A DNA stretch of 28,845 nucleotides. Origin: Octopus sinensis. Lineage: Eukaryota. The translations under genes and the position numbers were made by a program. Of the stretch, positions 21,557 through 28,845 are shown in pieces; position 1 is the stretch's first letter; every line of letters begins with the position of its first letter. Below the pieces are notes generated by a model that saw only the letters and a list, made by a program, of their open reading frames with translations, was not told the origin of the DNA and searched no databases. Where the stretch lies: NCBI RefSeq assembly GCF_006345805.1, contig NW_021833173.1, forward strand, positions 1 through 28,845, in the 5' to 3' direction.

Positions 21557-23826
21557 CACACACACACACACATACATTACTTTGGGCGCGAAAGAGTTTG
21601 TTTTTATTTTACGCCGAGGAAAAAAGTGTTTTTGCTGAGAACCCATTTATTTAAAAACTTAGAAACAATGAGGTAGGTAACAATTTGTCAGTGAATTACA
21701 CTTATATGAATGGGTAAAATTTCTGAGGCTCCATCACATCCCCCACCCCTTTTCTTGGACCGCAAAAATAGTTTTGTAGCATATTAGGAGGCCAAGGTAT
21801 TTGATTCCACGCAAAACATCCGATTTTTTTTTCTTAGTGAAAATCGTGCGAGTGTTATCTAAAAATTTCCCTGGAGATTTTCATGGTAAATTTGAGATTT
21901 AAAAAAAATGTTTTCCATATTTTTAATCTCCGTGTTTTTCCACGTACATTGAAAAATAGATGGTGAAAAGATCAATGAGTAGAGGGCTGAAATTTCCGAG
22001 GCTTCCATAATACGCTGATTAAAATCGAAGATGCCTTGTTCAAAATGGGTGGGGCAGCATTGAACACATTCGGTTTGCCATCCTCATTGCGACAGGACGT
22101 TAACACACTCCCACCAAAGTTACTTCTGGAGTTGTCGTATGACGCTGATGGCCTTGCGGAGTACCTGAGAGTAAATGAACCGAAATTGGTCCCTGATCAG
22201 AGGCTAGTGCGCGAAACTGTCGTCAGTGCTGTTGAAAAACAAACGGGCGGATTTTTTTTAGCTCGATGCTATTAGAAATACCGGCAAATCCTTTGTAACA
22301 CAATTAATACTTGCTAAGATTTGTCGCGAGAATCAAATTACGCTAGCCGTTGCTTCCTCAAGGATCGCTGCTACGTTATTGCCGGGAGGTAGGACGGTGC
22401 ACTCGGCATTCAAGCTGCCTTTACATTTGGTGAGGGCCGAGATTTCTACTTGCAACATTGGCAAAAATTCAGGGGAAGCTGAAGTTCTTAGACAGTGCCG
22501 TCTCATTGTATGAGACGAATGCACAATGACCAATAAGAGTGCCTTTGAGGCACTGGACCGGTCACTGAAAGGTATCAGGGATTCTACAGCTTCGATGGGT
22601 GGTGTAACTCTATTGCTTTCAGAAGATTTCCAACAAACCCTTCCTGTCATCCCTAAAGGGAGCCGGGATGATGAAGTTCGCGCATACCTTAAGTCATTCA
22701 CGTTGTGGCTCCAGGTTACGACCTTAAGCCTAAGCACAAACATGCGTGCGCACTTGCTTGGTGATAGCACGTCTGCAGCATTTGCTGAAGACATTTTAGA
22801 GAAGGCAAGGTCCCTAGGAATGATAGGAACGACATATCCATCTCTGAACTGTGCAACACCGTGGACAACCCTTCCGATCTTTTGGAGACAGTGTTCCCCA
22901 ATCTGGAAAGTAATTATGCAGACATCAATTGGCTCAGTGAAAGAACCATTCTGCCCCCCCCCCCCCCAAAAAAAAAACATAGCTGTCAGTGCTATCAACG
23001 ACCAGCTCATAAGCCGAATTCCGAGTGAGGAGCGCATCTACAAATCGATTGACCGGACCTCTGACTCCCAAGACATTGTCAATTACCCTATCGAGTTTCT
23101 CAGCTCATTGGAGCCAGCAGAGCTTCCAAGTCACATTCCTAGGCTAAGGGTTGGATGCCCAATTACGCTAATCAGAAACTTGCTTCCGCCTAAACAGTGC
23201 AACGGGATCCGCTTAGTAGTCAAGTCCCTGACACCCCACTTGATTGAGGCCACCATTGTTACAGGGTGCGGGGGTGGTGAAAATGTTTTCATTTGAAGGA
23301 TGCAGCTTTATCCCTTGGGGTAAGACATGCCGTTTAACTCCCGCAGATCGCAGTTCCCGGTGAGACCATGCTTCGCCATGTCCATCAACAAATCCCAAGG
23401 CCAAATACTATCGGTGGCAGGCATCCATTTGGAGTTTTCCATTCAATCAGGATAAAAAATTGATAAACCGATTCCTTATAGGATTTCCCATTAAAATTGG
23501 CTACACCCCATTTTCAAGCATAACTTTTACCAGTTTTGACATATTTTGCTCAAACTTGATGCCAGCATTGCATAGAACTCATGGAATCTTTGAATGTTTT
23601 AAGTTCTCAAAAAAAACAATCGATGAGCAGAAATAATGGATAAATTGATTCCTTATGGGATTTCCCAATGAAATTGCCTGCAACCCATTTTCAGTCAAAT
23701 GTTTACCAATTTCAACGGATTTCGCTCTAATTTGATGTCGGTGTCACTTATTTGGGTTTGAAACAAAGCGCTTGATCACTTAATAAACCTAACTTAATCC
23801 AGGGCAACGCCGGGCTATACTGCTAG
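20985..23826 (+). mobile_element. Non-autonomous Helitron derivative (~2.8 kb)
   Basis: Internal PIF1-like helicase fragment; 3' end CCAGG-GCAACG-CCGGG hairpin, then CTATACTG-CTAG|T at 23823-23827; 5' limit inferred from TATATATAAAAGGCAGGATG(TG)n, no exact 5' TC seen. Confidence 0.8.
22036..23440 (+). pseudogene. Helitron PIF1/RecD-like SF1B helicase fragment, pseudogenised
   Basis: Degenerate Walker A DAIRNTGKSF (22265-22294), AVASSRIAATLLPGGRTVHSAFKLP, Walker B IV*DEC (TGA 22511-13), DFQQTLPVIP, LRVGCPITLIRNL..CNGIRLVV, QFPVRPCFAMSINKSQGQ; frameshifts near 22260 and ~22800-22975; no Rep domain or motif VI. Confidence 0.92.
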
Positions 23827-23837
23827 TAATATATTTA

Positions 23838-23965
23838 TACGACTGTTTTCTGCAGTTTTCATCTAGCAAATTCACTCACATGACATAGTTCATGGCGGGG
23901 CTGTAGTAAGAAAACTTGTCCATGGGGAAGCGGTTTGAGACTAAACCCGGATCTATATGGTCATA
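23838..23965 (-). mobile_element. Decayed 5' half of SINE family A
   Basis: TATACGAC..TTTCATCTAGCAAATTCACTCACA..GGGGCTGTAGTAAGAAAACTTGTCC..GACTAAACCCGGA. Confidence 0.7.
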
Positions 23966-24043
23966 AAGGGGCCGACATAACAACACAGTTATGCGCATAT
24001 ATTGACCATAAAATATTCTCTATCCCGCTAACATCACATTTGC

Positions 24044-24174
24044 TGGGCTGCTGGGCAGCACGGCACCTGGGCAATAACACAGCAGCTTGGCAACAACACA
24101 GCAGCTGGGCAGCACGACAGCTGGGCAGCACGGCAGCTGGGCAGCACGGCAGCTGGGCAGCACGACAGCAGGGC
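24044..24174. repeat. GC-rich 16-bp minisatellite CAGCTGGGCAGCACG(A/G) x4 plus degenerate units
   Basis: Units at 24102, 24118, 24134 and 24150. Confidence 0.92.
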
Positions 24175-24261
24175 GGTTGGCCTAAAAAGCAGGCTAACGA
24201 GCAAGCAAACATAACGTTAGCTACGTTTACATAAAGTGTTCTGATAACAACGGAATGTGCA

Positions 24262-24428
24262 GGCGCAGGCACGGGTGTCTATGCAGTTAAAGAGATTGCT
24301 CTGCAACCACGTGCTTTTGGGTTCAGTCCCACTGCGTGATACCCTGGGAAATATCTTCGACTGCATTCAAGGGCTAATTTATGTCGTATGAGTGAATTTG
24401 GGGGAGGAAAGTTGTGGAAGACCATCCT

Positions 24429-24515
<87 letters not shown>

Positions 24516-24715
24516 CCGACAAATATAGATATTTATACTTATACTAAAACGCTCACACACACGCAAATATCTGTGTGCATCTTTGCGTATGTAATTGTCC
24601 CTCACCGCTTGACAATAAGTATTGATTTGTTTATGTCTCAGGAAATGAGCGGTTCGATAAAAAAGGAACGATAGAATAAGTATCAGATATTAAATATAAA
24701 TATTGGGTTCGATCT
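24262..24715 (+). mobile_element. Diverged SINE family A with internal (AGAT)n expansion
   Basis: GGCGCAGG head, GGGTTCAGTCCCACTGCGTG, (AGAT)n at ~24428-24514, CGATAGAATAAGTA. Confidence 0.75.
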
Positions 24716-24819
24716 ATTATAAGTTTGGAAGCTGAGTCGACGGAGAGGAGTTACAAGTAGATGAAATCTCCTGGTGATGTAAATGCTCAATTATGCAAAT
24801 ATGTGTGTGCCTGTGTGTC

Positions 24820-25005
24820 ATGTAACCAACATCGGTTTGTTTACGTCCCCGTAACTTAGAAGTTTAGCGAAAGAGACTGTTGGAATAAATACCAAAGGTT
24901 TTTTCTACAGAAAATACATGACTACTGGAATTGATTTGTTCGACTAAAACCTTTCAGAGTGGTGCCACAGCATGACCGCAGTCCAATGCCTGAAACAAGT
25001 AAAAA
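24820..25005 (+). mobile_element. 3' half of SINE family A
   Basis: GTTTACGTCCCCGTAACTTAG..CAGCATGACCGCAGTC..CTGAAACAAGTAAAA. Confidence 0.8.
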
Positions 25006-25261
25006 TAAAAATAATAAAAATTACAAAAAAAAAAAAGAAATTAAAAGTTAACTAACTCCAGTCTCTAATATAATAAAGTTCGGAAGGCTTAACATAAAAA
25101 CCAAATAAATTCAATGGACTCTTTGACCTCGTTTTAAGCTGCCAGTTATCGTTATTAAGAAACGAGACATATATTTACATTAGCATACACATGAAACAGA
25201 AAAAAGGCAAAACAAAACCCATACACTCATAAATGCCAATATATATATATATATATATAAT

Positions 25262-25301
<40 letters not shown>

Positions 25302-25624
25302 GAAGAGAATGCATATCGATATACGTTGTCGGTTATATATTCCCTGCCCAGATGAAACTTTAGATTCTCGTTCAGCCGCATTTCCCCACCACACGCATAT
25401 ATAAGAAAGTTATTAAAAGGGAAAGAGAAAAACAAGACAAGGAAAGAAAGAGAAAAACAAAAAACAATTACTGGAATGTAACAAGTGCCAAGCCAAGATT
25501 GATATTTAAAATAATTTAGGAGATTAAAAACTTATAAGAACAATCGAGAAAATAAATCGGTCAACGATAAATACGACTGGAAAACATAAAATAGCCCCAT
25601 TGCCCGAAATCTATCTATGTATGT

Positions 25625-25678
<54 letters not shown>

Positions 25679-25789
25679 CGCATGTGAATCCAGTGGGGTG
25701 GGCTGATGGTGGGAATCGTCTGCACTGCAAGGCCTGTCACGAATATCATATATGAGTGTTTCTACCTATTCTTAATACACACAGTCACA

Positions 25790-25842
<53 letters not shown>

Positions 25843-26300
25843 GGTAAGAAACTCCTAAGAGAGCTGAAGAGCAGAAGGTCTTCAGAGAAGAAACACCCTT
25901 CAGGCAAGTGTTTCGGTTCTTAACTTCTTACACTCTAAGGGGGCGCGGTGGGGCCGCATCCAAATCGTAACCCCTGGGTGCCCTTCCGCTGACACTTTTT
26001 AACTATTCGGCTATCAGAGTTGTGCATTTAAATCATTTAGGGATTTCATCTATTTGTGACTCCTGTTCGTTCTCTCAGCTTTCAAACTTTGGTTTTGGTG
26101 GTTACAGCGAATCGTCAGCGTTATCACATTGGCTCACTCAGAGTTACTTCCCTTAACGTTAAAATATGACTTTCAAAAGTTATATGTAATAGATGCAGTT
26201 ATATGTAATAGATGCAGAATTAAGTGAGAATAGCCATCTACGAATTACACTTAATGTATATATAGCGTTATAAGGCAAGTTACTGTGGTATTAATCCAGG

Positions 26301-26372
26301 AATAACATCTCTTATGGACAATATATGTTTAATATATATATTAAACATAGTTTGTCCATAAGAGATGTTATT
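26301..26372. repeat. 72-bp spacerless palindrome
   Basis: 36-bp arms, 34/36 complementary, centred on (TA)n. Confidence 0.95.
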
Positions 26373-27089
26373 TTTGTGATGTTGTTGGTAAACACGTTCT
26401 TTGTCTATCTCCTTATCCTCTTGGAGATTTTAGATAAAATTATACTAATGTGTCCTTCAAATTAAAAATAAATTCTATGTTTTTTGTGCAGCTGAAGATT
26501 GCTCTACATTTTAAATTGATGTAATGTTTGCATTGTACAATTAAATGGAGTTGCATGAAACGATCGTACTGCATTACCTCTGGATATCCTTGTTGCTTAT
26601 TTTGATATATATATATATATCATTGGGAGACGGAAATCTTAACTGCAACGCGTGAGAAGGGCAAATGCATTTGAGCTTCGTCACGCTTTTTCAGTGGTGT
26701 GTATACATAGCTAACCCATACTTGGATGGGATTTGCCGCATCCGTTATAGAGGAGAACATTAATAAACGCCCGCTGTTATTGCATTAAGTAGACTCTGCT
26801 TTTTACATGAAACCAATGGTAGCATGCATATCAGATTGTTATACTTATAAAGCACATACACACACAAACACGCCGTATGTATGTACATATATGTATTCCT
26901 CCTGCATCCTTGGAGGAAGTAATACGCTATTCCTGTTCACTAAAATCTTTTTCCTATCGTGCCTATATTAATTTAGTAATTCTTGTGTGGCTTAGAATTA
27001 TTTTGACTTCTATTTTTAGAGAAGCAGGTGCTTATGTAGTACCCTAGTATAAATAAATATATTTATAAATCTTTTATATAATTTATCAA

Positions 27090-27266
27090 TTGGCCGATTC
27101 GCCTTTACTCTCGCGCTCGAAATGGGGAGTAGATAGAGAGCCGACAACTGATAAAGGTTCATTCTTTGTATTACTTGTCCTGTTTTTCTCTCGTTATTTG
27201 CGTATTTAACACATTTGTTTCCGTATTTCATGTTGTTTACTATTGGTGACGTCCTGTACCTATATA
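27090..27266 (+). repeat. Unclassified interspersed repeat, copy 2 (family D)
   Basis: Homologous to the reverse complement of 17712-17910. Confidence 0.6.
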
Positions 27267-27271
27267 TCCAT

Positions 27272-27272
<1 letters not shown>

Positions 27273-27338
<66 letters not shown>

Positions 27339-27350
27339 CATAGATAGATA
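27273..27350. repeat. (AGAT)n microsatellite
   Basis: Direct reading. Confidence 0.95.
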
Positions 27351-27360
27351 CTACACTTTT

Positions 27361-27711
27361 ACTCTTTTACTTGTTTCAGTCATTTGACTGTGGCCATGCT
27401 GGGGCACCGCCTTTAGTCGAGCAAATTGACTCCAGAGTTTATTCTTTGTAAGCCCAGTACTTATTCTGTTGGTCTCCCTTTTGCCGAACCGCTAAGTTAC
27501 GGGAACGTAAACACACCAGCATCGGTTGTCAAGCGATGTTGGGGAGACAAACAAGCACACAAACACATACACACACATACATATACATACACATACATAC
27601 ATATACATATACATATACGACGGGCTTCATGCAATTTCCGTCTACCAAATCCACTCACAAGGCTTTGGTTGGTTCGAAGATATAGTAGAAGACAGTTACC
27701 CAAGGTGCCAC
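27361..27711 (-). mobile_element. SINE family A, 5'-truncated
   Basis: Tail through CORE-like CCCAAGGTGCCAC; tRNA head absent. Confidence 0.9.
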
Positions 27712-27719
27712 ATATATTT

Positions 27720-27730
27720 AATTATTGTTA

Positions 27731-27774
<44 letters not shown>

Positions 27775-27828
27775 TATCATTATTATATTATTATATTTAT
27801 TATTATCATTATTATTATTATATTTTAT

Positions 27829-27908
<80 letters not shown>

Positions 27909-27964
27909 CTATATATATATATATATATACTTATATATTATATATATATACAATAGATAGAAGA

Positions 27965-28018
<54 letters not shown>

Positions 28019-28045
28019 TAGATAGATAGATAGATAGATAGATTC
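27720..28045. repeat. (TAT)n-(TA)n-(AGAT)n compound microsatellite
   Basis: Direct reading. Confidence 0.95.
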
Positions 28046-28094
28046 TTTAGTCTATCCGTGCCTTCCTCCTTTTCCTCCTCTCTGGACGCTTCCT

Positions 28095-28125
28095 CTCTCC
28101 GACAGAGCTATGCTCGAAATGTCAT
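28095..28125 (+). ncRNA. Decayed hammerhead-like relic
   Basis: CCGACA-GAGC-tat-GCTC-GAAA-TGTC: stem II and GAAA intact, CUGAYGA box damaged. Confidence 0.3.
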
Positions 28126-28654
28126 TCCACTCTAAAACTTTCACGGAACGCCAATCTAATATACTCACTGTATACGTCCAATAATATTTTGCTGTGTTTT
28201 TCCGGTTTTTTTGGGGTGGGGGGAGTGTCTTTGATTTGCCTATATATGTGTGTGTGTGTGTGTGTCTGTCTGTATATATATATATATTGTGTGTATATAT
28301 ATATATATTGTGTATGTGTGCGTCTGTGTATGTCTGTGTTAGTGCGTATGTATATATATATATATATATAATATACAGTGTGTGTGTGTATGTGTGTGTC
28401 TGTGTTAGTGCATATATGTGTGTGCGTTTAATTCATCCGTAGTTTTGTGTTACGGTATATATTTCAAAATGTTTTTAATCAGTTATTTTGCAGAATTTTA
28501 TTTTAATGTGTGTGTGTGTGTGTGTGTGTGTGTGTTGTGTGCATGTACGCGCGCGTGTGTGTGTGTGTATACAGATGGAGAAATTAAACTCAACAAATTC
28601 TTTGTACTTGTGCAATGCACATATTCTCATGACACGGACATACACACAAACCTA

Positions 28655-28758
28655 TTTCTTTATTACCCACAAGGGGCTAAACATAGAGGGGACAAACAAG
28701 GCCAGACTTACGTATTAATTCGATTACATCGACCCCAGTGCGTAACTGGTACTTATTT
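28655..28758 (-). mobile_element. 3' fragment of SINE family B (alternative tail)
   Basis: CGATTACATCGACCCCAGTGCGTAACTGGTACTTA is the reverse complement of the 6705-6742 motif; upstream tail differs. Confidence 0.75.
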
Positions 28759-28845
28759 CCTCCACAATCACCACGACCATCGCCACCATCACCGCTACCG
28801 CCATCATTCTTACTCATAGCTACACACACACATACATACACACAC

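Noticed and set aside
22333-23037. 234-aa minus-strand ORF
   Set aside because: Antisense shadow of the helicase fragment; no independent motifs
24044-24174. CRISPR array or WAARQ-repeat protein
   Set aside because: No unique spacers or cas genes, eukaryotic context, and a 16-bp unit is not codon-periodic
27119-27160. Type II hammerhead in repeat family D (also 17855-17900)
   Set aside because: CUGAUGA is mutated in both copies and stem I does not pair; kept only as a weak lead

Overview
Eukaryotic, AT-rich, microsatellite-saturated non-coding DNA. The SINE motifs and repeat style suggest an octopus or other cephalopod genome (inferred from recalled motifs, no search run). No intact host gene is supportable and nearly all ORFs in the track are microsatellite artefacts. 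Contents: (1) about 15 whole or partial tRNA-derived SINEs of at least three families, one full-length with a perfect 13-bp TSD; (2) a ~2.8-kb plus-strand Helitron derivative (~20985-23826) with a pseudogenised PIF1-type helicase fragment and a canonical hairpin-CTAG 3' end; (3) a CR1/L2-like LINE reverse-transcriptase 3' remnant on the minus strand; (4) MITE-like elements and long palindromes; (5) most notably, several hammerhead-ribozyme-like motifs. A near-canonical minimal type I hammerhead with a palindromic stem III lies at 19781-19826. A mutated homologue lies 1060 nt downstream inside a 423-bp element with ~40-bp inverted ends. An unrelated core with intact stem II lies at 8442-8469 and a decayed one at ~28099. 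This resembles Penelope-like retroelement / retrozyme sequences.
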